NCBI RefSeq assembly: GCF_006345805.1
Contig: NC_043012.1
Location: 50,034,001 to 50,098,000 of the forward strand
Reading direction: 5' to 3'
Origin: Octopus sinensis
Taxonomy: Eukaryota
DNA length: 64,000 bases
The notes beneath the pieces are model-generated. The model was given only the letters and a program-made list of their open reading frames with translations. It did no database searches and was not told where the DNA came from. Position numbers and translations under genes: made by a program. Positions 12,680 through 26,317 of the stretch are shown piece after piece; positions within the stretch are counted from its first letter, which is position 1; each line of letters opens with the position of its first letter.

Positions 12680-13549
12680 ATCTATCTATCTATCTATATA
12701 TATATATATATAATATATATATATATCATATATATATATATATTATATATTATATATATATATACATATATATGTATACACACACACGTCTACAAACACA
12801 CATTGTGATGGTGAGAAATAGTTTTCTAGAAAATTATTCTGTCCGGTCTCTTTCAATAAAGTAATTATCAGTTTTCGTCACGTTAGTTCGATGAGGATAA
12901 AGATGAATATATTCCCGTCTCTGGTATTCAACTGATTCAACTGAGAAAAATTTAGGTCGTTTCAGGTAGTCAAGGATTATTGTAATATTAAAGATATAGC
13001 ATTATAGAATGTCGAAAATGAGCAGCGTTTATAACAGGCCTTGCTATTCTCAGCAACCTTAAGTCTTTATGAATAAAATACATAATTATTTCCTTAATCA
13101 ATCCTTACCTTTTCATTATTTTTTTAAAGTTCATTTTTCGAAATTTTACCGAATAATTTTGTATGTGTCATGAACAGGATAATATCACGTGTTACCATTA
13201 TTTCAAAACATTCTAAGCTATTAGTTTTTGTAGCTTTGTAAAATGACAGCTGTAAATTGTTCATCACTTAATTCGTGTCGTATAGTGATGAATGGAAACC
13301 AGGTAATGTACATCGTAATCTAGTATCTGTCTGTGTATTAGGAGAAACTATAATTTGTAAATGACAATATAACATACATTTCATTAAAAGCATATATTTC
13401 TAAGCACTGAATGAACCACTAGAAATTCTATCACTTCAAAGAAATGTTCTAAATACTTCAATACTATCGCTAACATTTATTTTGAATATTGCTATTATTT
13501 TTTGTATTTTATTTATTTGTGTGTGTGCGTGCGTGTATGTATGTATGTA

Positions 13550-13615
<66 letters not shown>

Positions 13616-14545
13616 TCTGTGTGTGTTTGGAAATCGTACAAAAAAACAACAATATCCTTTTTTTTTGTCTCTTAAGTATTTTGCCTTTATCAATATAACA
13701 ACAATCAAAAAGTATTAATTTAATTCGGTGGAAATATTTGCAATGTTTTTTTCTGTCTACTGAGGTTATAAGAATAATTCCGAGATTGCTTTTTGGTAGA
13801 AATTAATGCGGTAACGTTTTATTGAAGTACCAAGCTATTAAAGTATCTTACGTCGATTAAACAATTTGGTTCCAGTTTTAATGTATTACTTGATGTAGTG
13901 TATTTTTTATTGCGCTCTGGTATCTTCCACATTGTTTTTATACCTATGAGAGTTCTAATAAAAACGAATGTTCCTAAACCATATCACTCCCGTTTGGCGC
14001 AGGCTTTGACACTTCATACTGACTCTTACATTATTGAATAGCACATCAATTCTTGGAAATAATATAACGTAGACATAAAGAATTGTTTTAAGCAACAACA
14101 AATAAAACTGTCAACTATATTTATTTGTCTATATGGATAAATGTGACAACATTTTTTACTGATGGTGACAGAAAGCTGAATTATTTTTCTGCTGTTATTG
14201 CAATATTTTCGAGCTCTGATTTGCAAATGAGATTTCATTGGATCAACTCGATGCAGTTGACACTACATTATATATTTTTTTATTACGCATTCTCTAAAAT
14301 TCACATAAAAAGCAATCTTACGGCTGAAATTTTCTTTCAAAGCTATTATTTCGTTGTTGGTTCAAAAGTATAAATCCACAAGAATACTCAGAAATATTAC
14401 GTTTTCCGCATTGATACGCACACGCACACACACACATAAACATGTATGTATATATTACTTGTGTTAGACTATCTAAACGATGACAGAAATGCAGATGTGA
14501 ATCTTGAATAATTTGTTTGTGTGTGTTTCTGTATATATAAATATA

Positions 14546-14758
14546 TATTTCTTTATTGCCCACAAGGGGCTAAACATAGAGGGGACAAACATGGACAGAA
14601 AAAGTGATTAAGCCGATTACATCAGCCCAAGTCCGAAACTAGTACTTTATTTATCGACCCCGAAAGGATGAAAGGCAAAGTCGACCTCGGCGGAATTTGA
14701 ACTCAGAACGTAACGACAGACGAAATACCGCTAAGCATTTCGCCCGACGCGCTAACGT
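14546..14758 (-). mobile_element. SINE-A, head clipped by (TG)n
   Basis: Full body and tail match to family; ends at gcgctaacg then TG tract. Confidence 0.85.
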
Positions 14759-14786
14759 GTGTGAGTGTGTGTGTGTGTGTGTGTGT

Positions 14787-15070
14787 GGAGGCGCAATGGC
14801 CCAGTGGTTAGGGCAGCGGACACGCGGTCGTAGGATCGCGGTTTCGATTCCCAGACCGGGTGTTGTGAATGTTTATTGAGCGAAAACACCTAAAGCTCCA
14901 CGAGGCTCCGGCACGGGGCTCTTTCGCCACAACTTTCTCTGACTCTTTCTTCTGTTGGCATACTTGCTTAGCCAGCGTGGTGGCGTCATTTGAAGGCTAA
15001 AGCAGTGCAAAGCGCGTTGTGACCAGCGATCTGTAACAACATTTGATAGCCTTGTCGGTCACGGTGATAT
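14787..15070 (+). mobile_element. SINE-C (tRNA-derived)
   Basis: GGAGGCGCAATGGCCCAGTGGTTAGGGCAGCGGA head (A-box), GTTTCGATTCCC B-box, gtttattgagcgaaaacacctaaagctccac body shared with 21131, 27497, 44880, 56200 copies. Confidence 0.85.
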
Positions 15071-15075
15071 AATAG

Positions 15076-15134
<59 letters not shown>

Positions 15135-15135
<1 letters not shown>

Positions 15136-15400
15136 AACGGTGCGTTCTCTAGTGGCAAGGGTATCACATTTACGATTGTGAGATCGTGGTTTCGACTCCC
15201 AGACTGGGTCATGCGTTGTCTTCATCAGTAAAATACATCAGTCCACGTTGCTCCAATCAACTCATCCGTAAGTAGAGAATCCTGCGACGGAATATTCTTC
15301 GAAGAAGGGAGTATGTTGGCCTTCTCACCTAGCCAGCACAGTGATATCATTCGAAGGCTAGAAAATGCGAACCACATTTTGACCAGCGATGTATAACACG
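15135..15400 (+). mobile_element. Old tRNA-derived SINE sharing the tail of the 14787 copy
   Basis: tagtggcaagg A-box-like, GTTTCGACTCCC B-box, tail cattcgaaggct...gaccagcgatgt like 14985-15030. Confidence 0.55.
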
Positions 15401-15541
15401 TTCTTCTATGCGAGAGATTTGATAAAATGAAACCAATGGCAGCCTTAATACACAAATAAATAATCTTTAACCACCAATGCGGTGTTGAGAACTCATTCCC
15501 ATTGCTCGATATTTACACAATCAACACACATACACATATGT

Positions 15542-15793
15542 ATAGGCGCAGGCGTGGCTGTGTGGTTAGGAGCTGGCTTACCAATTACATGGTTCTGGGT
15601 TCAGTCCCACTGCGTGGCACCTTGGGAAAGTGTCTTCTACTAGCCTCGGGCCGACCAAAGCCTCTCTAGTGATTTTGGGAGACGGAAACCAGGCTTACAA
15701 AGAATAAGTCCTGGGGTCGATTTCTTGACTAAAATCACTTTAGGTGGTACACCAGCATGGCCGCAGTCAAATGATTGAAACATATAAAAGAAT
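15542..15793 (+). mobile_element. SINE-B with internal deletion
   Basis: Head and tail of SINE-B joined at ggaaac|caggcttacaaag; central microsatellite region missing. Confidence 0.85.
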
Positions 15794-16179
15794 ATATATA
15801 TCAACAGAGAAACAGAGTTAGAGAGAGAGAGAGAAAGAGAGAGAACAAGTTAAAATATTGTAGGCGATTTGTGGGAGTGAATAAATTTTCTTGCTGTGCC
15901 GTTCCCTGCTAATAATTTCTCGGTTGACAGGAACTTGTGCTTAAGTAGTCCACTCTTTTCTTTGTTTTTATAGTAAAATAGAAAGAGGCAAAAATTTAAT
16001 ATTAGCTGTAGTATAAGAAATATTAGGGTGAAAGTAGGATATGTTAAATTCTGGCCTAGAAGCAATATAATATACTAGTGGGGTCTGTGGAAATCCAACA
16101 GAACGAAAAAAATTAAGCGAAGTCATTTAAGAAAGAAAGTATGATTAGCATTTTAATTTTTCTAGGTATTTTACTTCCA

Positions 16180-17139
16180 TTCTGCTATAGGTACAAGGCC
16201 TGAAATTGGGGGTGGATAGAGATAGTTGATTAATTTATCCACCCCGAAAGGATGAAAAGCAAAGTCAACCACGGCGAAATTTTAAGTCAAAAGGTAGCAG
16301 CAGATGACATACCTATTTCTTTACTACCCACAAAGGGCTAAACACAGAGAGGACAAACAAGGACAGACAAAAGGAATAAGTCGATTATATCGATCCCAGT
16401 GCGTAACTGGTACTTGATTTATCGACCCTGAAAGGAAGAAAGGCAAAGTCGACATCGGCGGAATTTGAACTCAGAGCGTAACGGCAGACAAATACGGTTA
16501 AGCATTTCGCCCGGCATGCTAACGATTCTTATTTCTTTATTTCCCACTAGGAGCTAAACATAGAGGGGACAAACAGGGCAGACAAAGAGATTACGTCGAT
16601 TACATCGACCCCAGTGCGTAACCGGTACTTAATTTAACGACTCCGAAAGGATGAAAGGCAAAGTCGAGCACGGCTGAATTTGAACTCAGAACGTAACGGC
16701 AGACGAAATACCGCTAACGATTCTTATTTCTTTATTGCCCACAAGGGGCTACACACAGAGAGACAAACAAGGACAGACACACGGATTAAGACGATTATAT
16801 CGACCCCAGCGCGTAACTGGTACTTAATTTATCGACCCCGAAAGGATAAAAGGCAAAGTCGACCGCAGCTGAATTAGAACTCAGTACGTAGCGGCAGACG
16901 AAATATCTATTTCTTTACTACCCACAAGGGGCTAAACACAGAGAGGTCCAACAAGGACAGACAAACGGATTAAGTCGATTATATCGCCCCCAGTGCGTAA
17001 CTGGTACCTATTTAATCGACCCCGAAAGGATGAAAGGCAAAGTCGACCTCGGTAAAATTTGAACTCAGAACGTAACGGCAGACGAAATACGGCTACGCAC
17101 TTCGCCCGGTGTGCTAACAATTCTGCCAGCTCGCCGACT
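16180..17139 (-). mobile_element. Tandem multimer of SINE-A (one full head, about 4.5 units)
   Basis: Units start near 16313, 16529, 16722, 16908; leftmost unit has the alternative tail; full head at ~17100-17136; imperfect flanking repeat TAGGTATTTTACTTCCA (16163-16179) / TAGGTATTCACTTCCA (17140-17155). Confidence 0.87.
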
Positions 17140-18096
17140 TAGGTATTCACTTCCAGTCACAATGTTATATTTTAAAATCTTCCTCTACTATCCACTTTAT
17201 ATTTCTCTCTTTCTCTCTACCTCTTCAACACACGTTTCAACTATGTAACTCCTGTCTTCGTGTCTTTAACAATTCTCTCTTTTTCTTCACCTCTAACTTC
17301 CTCTAACTCTTACCCTATCTCTCTCTTAATGTAACTTCTTCATCTGCCCATCTCTTTCCATCTACGTTTCTTTAACCTCGCTACCAGAACATAACCCTCT
17401 GCTAAATATTCTATACTAAATATATTTCTATTGCAGTTTGGAAGGTGTTTATAAGCCATTCAAGAAACACACAAAACATTTAAATTTAATTTCAATGATC
17501 TCAGATTTAACTTAATTTAAATGATCTCAGATCAAGTCACTCGCTATGCAAGTACATCTCCGTAATAATATATTTCTATTGCTTTCCTTTTTCTTTTCTC
17601 TCCCCATCCTACAACTCGTCGTTAACACTTCTCTCCCTCTTTCTTTTATTGTCTCTTACTCTAGCTCTTCGCCTCTACCTTCAAGTAACCACGTGACACA
17701 TTTGACCTTATTTATACTTCTTTCCCTACTTCTTCCTCACTTCGTTCTTCCCTACTTACACTCCTGATCGCCTTCTTCATCCCCCTCTCTCATTCACACA
17801 CACACTTTCACTCCACCTCTCATTCACTCCACGTCCACCTCTCAAACTAACTAAAGTATAACGGGCGAACGAACAAGCTGATTATTATATTGATTAAATA
17901 GTTAAAAACATTAAGATTGTGGAATTTACCGTAGTAGAGTATTTGAATTAAAAGTGTTTCAAATATGAGTGGTTAAAACACAGAGGGATTACCAAGCTAT
18001 AAAATTTAAACAACCATATCTGATTATGAATTTAGTTTCATGAACATTTATCATGCTTTCTTTAAAATTATATTATTTCTCACTCCTTTCTCTCGC

Positions 18097-18154
<58 letters not shown>

Positions 18155-18425
18155 GCCATTCTCTGTCTCAGTCAACCACACCTCACTTTACTGCTTACTT
18201 CCAAATTTCAGCCATGTGGCATTTCTAAGATAATCCTTTCAAGGCTACGTAGACGAACCTTGCGGAAACTGAAAAATCGCAGAGGCCTGGAACATGACAG
18301 AGACAACAAATGAACAAATGATATATAAAGATAACGAAAATCCTAAAAGTGTTCTAAATGAAGTATGGAAGAAAGGCATTTTGTCTTTTTGATGTATTTT
18401 TCTACTTCAAGCTTCTTGTAACACC

Positions 18426-18506
<81 letters not shown>

Positions 18507-18598
18507 GGAAACAATTCGTACAAATTTTGCCGTTCCCTATGCTTATGATATATATATATATATATAGATATATATATATAATATATATTAATATATAT

Positions 18599-18858
18599 TA
18601 TATACATGCATATATACAACTATGGCGTTTAGTTCAGGTTTAGTTCACAGGTGATCTAAAGTTTGGTACACTAGGTAAGCACAGTAACGGATTACTGGGA
18701 CTCCAAGGTTATAACCGAGGAGGTAAGTTTGGAGCCATTGCAGATTCCCGATGCAGCAAACATGGAGGCAAAGCAAATATTATACAATATTATTATATGC
18801 ATACGATTAATATAATACAATTATATATACATTCGGCTACCGAATAATTGTCACATAT

Positions 18859-18889
<31 letters not shown>

Positions 18890-19170
18890 CATGCATATAT
18901 ACAAACTATGGGCGTTTAGTTCAGGGTTTAGTTCACAGGTGATCTAAACGATTTGGTACACTAGGTAAGCACAGTAACGGATTACTGGGACTCCAAGGTT
19001 TATAACGAGGAGGTAAGTTTGGAGCCATTGCAGATTCCCGATGCAGCAAACATGGAGGCAAAGCAAATATTATACAATATTATTATATGCATACGATTAA
19101 TATATACAATTATATATACATTCGGCTACCGAATAATTGTCACATATTACATATATATATATAATATCTA
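18599..19170. repeat. ~286-bp direct tandem duplication (2 copies)
   Basis: Non-microsatellite core (ggtgatctaaa...ggagccattgcagattcccgatgcagc...cggctaccgaataattgtcac) repeated at ~18599 and ~18885. Confidence 0.92.
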
Positions 19171-19174
19171 TATA

Positions 19175-19214
<40 letters not shown>

Positions 19215-19753
19215 GCATGTATGTATGTATACAGCTCTTGTGCCAGTGTAGTGGTACATTTACTGTACACAAATGAGAGCTTTTTCGATTTTCACCTGAC
19301 AACAATTTGATCACGACCTTTCACAATCATAATTAGTCGATTAAACATTCGTTGTTTTGACGAATAAACATATACATATAGATACACCAAATATACTATT
19401 ACGAGCAATGTTCTCATTAAAATTTCACATGTGTAGTACGGTAATTTTAGCACCCGATTACAGATATCATGGAGGATGAAATATAACTTATTCTGCTAAA
19501 GTTATAGTTTTATGTTGCTTATACTTGTAAAAATATTTCCGTTTACTATATCAGTTGGAATATATCATTCCAATGGATTCCAGATGTAGTAAAACTATTC
19601 TGTCTGATTCAAACATACATATACATATATAATAACTATCAACAACGTTAAACGTGAAACTACGAAGAATTAAAGTACATTCTCACTTCCTTGTTTATGA
19701 AAACTACGAATACAGTTACTGTCATTTTAAATTAAACATATTAACCTAAGAAA

Positions 19754-19791
<38 letters not shown>

Positions 19792-19818
19792 CAACGTAAT
19801 CTTATATATACACATGTA

Positions 19819-19894
<76 letters not shown>

Positions 19895-19964
19895 AGTCTC
19901 TCTCTCTCTTTCTATCTATCTATAGCTTTAGGATATTTAGCTTTAAAACAAATTTATCGAGATT

Positions 19965-20165
19965 GTAAGGCGGTAAGCTGGAAGAATCGGTAACAAGGCA
20001 TTCAGAATGCTATGCAGCATTTCGTCCAAGGTCAACATTACCTTTTATCCTTCGGGGTCAGGAAAATAAGGCAAGTTGAGGACTGATGTCGCTATGATTC
20101 ACATATGATTTACATACAACTTTCCTGAAATTGCTGGCCATGTGACCGAATTTCAAACCTATTTT
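19965..20165 (+). mobile_element. Old diverged SINE-A copy
   Basis: aaggcggtaagctgg head, ccttttatccttcggggtc core, gaaattgctggcc tail variant. Confidence 0.55.
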
Positions 20166-20398
20166 TATTGAGATGCGTGTAAAATATGATAGTGCAATCC
20201 AATGGTATGATATGAAATAGAGGATCATGGATTTTTATAAGTGTTACAGACGAAGACAAACTAAATGGAAATAAGAAGTTTAAATGAGTTCTCAAAAATG
20301 ATAATCGGTTTGATATCTTTATTTAGATCTACACTCTGAATATTGAATTTATTTTTGCGTTCAATTTATGCACGCACGCGCGCGCGTACACGCATATG

Positions 20399-20434
<36 letters not shown>

Positions 20435-20456
20435 CGTTTCACATATACATGTATAT

Positions 20457-20964
<508 letters not shown>

Positions 20965-21130
20965 TCTGTATATATATATATATGTGTGTGTGTGTCTGTG
21001 TGTGTATGTGTCTGTAAGTTAGGGCGTGGAGTGCGTGTGTTTATGGCAATATTCTGCCGTGTAACTGTTTATCAATTGATAGATTTAAACAACCCTCGTT
21101 TAATGAACTTAATAGTAATACTTTTGATAT

Positions 21131-21408
21131 TGCTTGTTCCTTCTCGACCCACGCCTGTCTCATAAGGGCCGGTTTCCTGGATTCCTTAGCGTATAGTTTC
21201 TCACCTGGACGGGACGCCGGTCCGTCACATGTCAGCTGCAAGATGCAGGAGGAAAGATTGAGAGAAAGCTGTGGCGAAAGAGTCAGCAGAAGTTCGCCAT
21301 TACCTTCTGCCGGAGCCGCGTTAGGTTTTTCGCTCATAAACACACACATCGTCCAGTCTGATATTCGAACCCGCGATCCCTCGACCGCGAGTCCGCTGCT
21401 CTAGCCAC
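21131..21408 (-). mobile_element. SINE-C
   Basis: Reverse complement gives gtggctagagcagcggactcgcggtc...GGGTTCGAAT head and a gacggaccggcgtcccgtccagg...ggaaaccggccc tail. Confidence 0.8.
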
Positions 21409-21415
21409 ACTTTTA

Positions 21416-21461
<46 letters not shown>

Positions 21462-22319
21462 TATATATATATATATATACATATATATATAATTACATAT
21501 ATATGTGTATGTGAGCGCGTGATTGTGAGCTTGCGTGCGTGTGAACGTGTGCGTGTGTGTGTGTGTATTACGTTCAACGTTTCGAATTTTGCTCGCTTGA
21601 ACAAATCCCATGAGAGACTTGGTTCAGTTCTAAATTACCGCATAGTGTTCTGCTAAGGACAAATACAACGCCGCCAAAATCTTGCTCAACCAATAACTTC
21701 CCCCTTCAAAGAATGTAGAACAAAAATATACATTCACTATGGATGTAATTTACTGCTTTAAATAGGTTGTGTTTTTCTTTTGAATTATCAATATTTCTTT
21801 TTACGAAGAATTTTAATAACGTAATTTTAATCATCAACGTAATTACAGTCGTTGAAACATATATATTCATACGGAAAATACTGTTGTTATAATAAATACT
21901 TTCGGCACGTTATTATAAAGAAAGTTTGTTGTTTTCTATGATAAATTTTATAAACAATGGCGAGATGATCATGACAATCTTTGATTCAAATAAAGGACTT
22001 GTTTATTTATTCGCCGTTACTGATGTAATGAATAAATGCTACAGAATTGATAGTATTAAGGTAATATAATTATTGAAGTTGATATAAACAGTAACTCGAG
22101 CGTTTTATGGCGACGGAAACATTAATATGCAAATATATTTTCATTTTTTAACCAGTAAATATTCACACACAGACGCACACAATCGCATAGGTGTATTCGT
22201 TTAAGGCGTATTTTATATCTATACGAGCAAGTTGTGAATTCGATTAGCGACAGTGCGTTATATGTTTGAGCGAGTTTCTAAGTTTTGTGTTGCTGCAGGT
22301 TACTCAACTCACAAAAAAT

Positions 22320-22505
22320 GAGTTGTGGCTGTATTTGAAAGGGCCAGCCTTGTCACATTCTGTGTCACACTGAACCTCCTCCAAAGGTACGTTAATTATA
22401 CACGTGTTTCTGAAATGCTCAACCACACGCACGTTAAATTTACGAACAGCCAGTTCAGTTAAACGGATCTCCTGAAACCATCGTCTTCGTAAACGAAGGA
22501 TTGCC
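22320..22505 (+). mobile_element. Headless SINE tail module (tttgaaagggccagccttgtcac type)
   Basis: Same module as 44880-44975 (-) and 42060-42205 (+). Confidence 0.65.
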
Positions 22506-22839
22506 ATTTTTTTATGTGTGTCGGTGTATGTATGTGTGTTTGTATAAAGGAATCATCCAACTAGTCTTTACGTTGTGAAAATTTGCCTGAACAGCTTTGG
22601 AGGTAATTAGTGCATTTCACAGACGAAACAGTTATACTAATCCTAAATCAAAATAAAAGAAAATGTCAATGAAACGTTCCAACTTCCATTTTTTTTTCAT
22701 TTGAATCTGCAATATCTGTTTTATTCTTCTTTGGATACTTCCTAAACTATTCAAATTACCTGACTACGGTGTCTTAAATTTATCGACGTTTATACTCCCT
22801 CAGGCAACTACACAAACACACAGACACACATATGTATAG

Positions 22840-22880
<41 letters not shown>

Positions 22881-22927
22881 CATTATATCTATTTATATAT
22901 ATGTATGTGTATGTATATTTATTTCAA

Positions 22928-22990
<63 letters not shown>

Positions 22991-23303
22991 GAGCAAAAAC
23001 GCCCCCCCCCCCCCGTCTAATGGACACTGCTGAGTTGTCAAGCATTTAAACCAAATTTTCGCAAAACAACTCGTCCGGATGTCCCATAGACATACTGAGA
23101 AATACTGATTTAGCCTAAATGTGAGACACCAGCAAAAGAAGAAAAAAATCTGATGGAGGATGCCTGAGATCCGAGAAGATACACAGACAGACAGACAGAA
23201 CGGATTTTATATAAGGTATATATATATATAAATAAATATATACATACATATATTTATATATATACATATACATATATATACATATACATATATATACATA
23301 TAC

Positions 23304-23399
<96 letters not shown>

Positions 23400-23401
23400 G
23401 G

Positions 23402-23631
23402 TGGAGCTGAACGAAGATTGAACAGAAATCGTTTTATTTCATTCTACACGTGTTTCGAAAGGCACAATTTACCAAAATCCGATTGAATAATGAGACCATA
23501 TTGTGTCTTTCTCTTCAGGAAAAAATAGGAAATCCGTTGGAAAAAACAAAAACAGAACAGAGGCGGAGCAAAACAAATCGAACTAGGCTCCTAAGAGCCC
23601 ATGGCAAAACTGTTTATCAGTGTATGTTGAG
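23402..23631 (-). repeat. Inverted copy of PLE pseudo-LTR (left)
   Basis: Reverse complement of 26318-26547 with three transitions, compared base by base. Confidence 0.95.
23435..23527 (-). ncRNA. Type I hammerhead ribozyme (left, antisense copy)
   Basis: Mirror of 26422-26514; CUGAAGA at 23518-23512, GAAA at 23456-23453, GUA triplet at 23447-23445; one stem I pair becomes U-G. Confidence 0.8.
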
Positions 23632-25822
23632 GAAATAATATTTAAACACCGAATTCAAATGAGAACTCAGCCGCTTAGCCCTAAGCAACCCAGATTTATA
23701 GTGAAGGACCATAAACCGAACTTCCACACCAACCCAGCGCTAAGACTCATATGCCCTGCTAGATCTGATATCGGGATAATCAGTAAGTGCATTTTAGATA
23801 ACTATATCCCTAGTTTAGTAAACAAGCTGAAGCCCAGCCTCTGGGCCAACTCCTCGCAGGTAGTGAAGTGGTTCTCTTCCATCCCCAATAAGAACCGTAC
23901 TAGGTTCATTCAGTTTGATATCGCCAGCTTCTACCCCTCGATTAACCTTAGTGTGCTAAATAAGGCCCTTTGGCATGCTCACAACAATGCTGGCCTCACC
24001 AGAGAAGAGATAGATATCATTTTAGTTGCCAGGAAATCGTTTATTAAGTTTGATAATACGTTGTGGATCCGTAAAGATACTCCCAATGAATTTGATGTGC
24101 CTATGGGTAGTTCGGATAGTGCGCAGATAGCCGATTTGGTCGGAATATATATTCTCTACGAATTGTCCGACCAATTCCCGGAGATCGCGGGCGGCCTGTA
24201 TCGTGACGATTGTCTGTTTTACCTGCAAAACACCACGAACAGAATAGTGCAGAAAACTAAGAGCAGGTTAGCTAGGTTTTTTAATAGAATGGGCATGAGT
24301 ATAGTTTTTGATAATGAACTCACCTAGGCTAATTTCCTAGACGTTACACTTAACCTTAATAGCGACTCATACTGCCCTTACCATAAGCCTTCCACTAATT
24401 TGAAGTATGTCAGTGTCTTCTCAAATCATGCCAAAACCGCAACAGACAATTTGGTTAAAAACATCTCTCTGAGATTGTCTGGCTTGTCCGCCAGTGCCGA
24501 TATTTTTATGCAGAAAGCGGAATTTTATAACGCCGCACTATCCAAGGCCGGTTATAGGCAGAAGGTAATTTATATTGATCCGGCCCTTCCGATGCCATCA
24601 TTCGGTCATCAGGATAGGGCCGTCTATAATAACATAAACAATTTAAGTAAGGACGGGAGCGCGGCGGATGCCGGGGCAGTCGCTCCCGCATTTAATTTAG
24701 TGAACAAGGATAATTATCGGTCCGGGAGATCTTACACTAACCCAAGACCCGTTATTCATCCGAGAATCACCCACCCGAATGCGAGAGCTGGCGCCCCGAC
24801 CCATCACACAGATAGGAATAAGCATATATGGTTTGTAATTCCCTTTGGTAAGCAGATTAGAACTAACCTCCCCCTCATGTTTAGACAAGCCATCGCCAAT
24901 AACTTCCCCAGAAATTCCAAATATTACTCCACGGTTAACTCGCATAAAGTTAGGATAGCTTTCTCCAACACTAAAAACCTTGCCCAGATAATCGCCTCCC
25001 ATAATAATAGGCTACTTACTAAGACCCTATCACCTTTTTCCGGAGGCTCAGCCTCTTCCGCTCCCGGTTTAATGCTCAGTAGGAATAATTATAGTAGTAA
25101 TAATGATATGAGAGCCAGTACAGTGACACATAATCTCAGCTCCAGCCAGGGAGTACCCACTAGGGGTATAGTTATAAATAGGGATGTTGTGGTTGACGGT
25201 AACAATGGGAGTAGGGTAGAGAGCCCCAATAGCATCCCCAGCATCATTTCCCGCAATAGCAGCACCACGGGCACTAGCAATGACAGCACTCTGATAGATA
25301 GTGGAGAATCAGGGGTTATTCCTATAGTTAGTAGTGGAAAATAGAGTAGTAAGCGGCTGCAGTTCTCGGAACGAATATAGTGACAGGAACGTAGTTCTAA
25401 TTTCAGAAACTAATCCTAGCAGAATAAGATTCACGTCGGCGAACTCCAAGATCAAAAACGCCGTCTACCTATGCAAGGTTTACACGGACTCAGATGTCTT
25501 CACTTATGTAGGGGCCTCATCGTCAAGATTGGCTTTGCGAGTCTCCAACCATTACGCAACTTTTCGGGACATGAACAAGCGCCAGACCATGGGACTCAGC
25601 AAACTAATATGGCGACTGAAGGATACGAACTCAAGCTACAGGCTGGAATGGTCAATTTTGTCGGTGGCCCTCCCATTTGATAGGGGCAGAAGGCAGTGCA
25701 ACCTTTGTGTCTCCGAACTCTTCCATATTTTGTTTGCCAGAGGCCGGATGGTAAACGGACTTTTACAGTCGGCTTTTCGATGCTCCCATTGGCGGCGTTA
25801 CACTTATCTGGCTTTTAAATAG
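23632..25822 (+). pseudogene. PLE polyprotein: reverse transcriptase + GIY-YIG endonuclease, disrupted
   Basis: RT motifs KDHKPNF..NP..RLI.PA, FIQFDIASFYPSI, FDVPMGS.D.A...LVG, GLYRDD, NFLDVTL; in-frame TAG at 24325-24327 (24400 ORF is in the same frame); +1 frameshift near the A4 at 25338-25341; endonuclease AVY..VY...TYVGAS...R..NH...F...LSK.IW.LK...W.IL...CNLC.SE...C.H. Confidence 0.92.
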
Positions 25823-26317
25823 CGTTTATAAATAATACCGGCACCCATAGCCCTTGGTAACAAATTCTGAAATAGCCTTTAAGATATTTACGATTAACCA
25901 CTGCAAGGGGAATTACTCCTGTAAGATAAACGGGGCTTGGTTTTTTGACAACGGGGGGTTACCTTGACAAGGCAGGCTCAGACGAACACACACACATAAA
26001 ACATAATATATATTTTTTTCTGCCACCCAACGGTTCTTACGGCAGTAGCCATTGTGGAGAGCGGCTTAGCCACTGACAGCCGAGCGATCAAACGCACACA
26101 CGTACACAAAAAATGTTTTCTACCCCTACGCCAGCACACACATATATAGAACAGTATACACACACATGTCTCTAAGTAGATTTTTTCTCGCCCCTTATAA
26201 AACATCCAATATTCCTTAAATAGTCAGAACTTTATTCTCGGTCACAAAGAACATCTACACACCCTCACCCACATGATTGACCGCTGCCTGACCCGTTAAA
26301 ATCTTCAGCCACCGGTT

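Noticed and set aside
14787-14860. tRNA gene calls at SINE heads
   Set aside because: A/B boxes are present, but no complete cloverleaf, and the sequence continues into a multi-copy SINE body.
23620-23631. Apparent start codon MYVE of the RT ORF
   Set aside because: Lies inside the inverted repeat; RT homology starts after 23631, so the true N-terminus is truncated.
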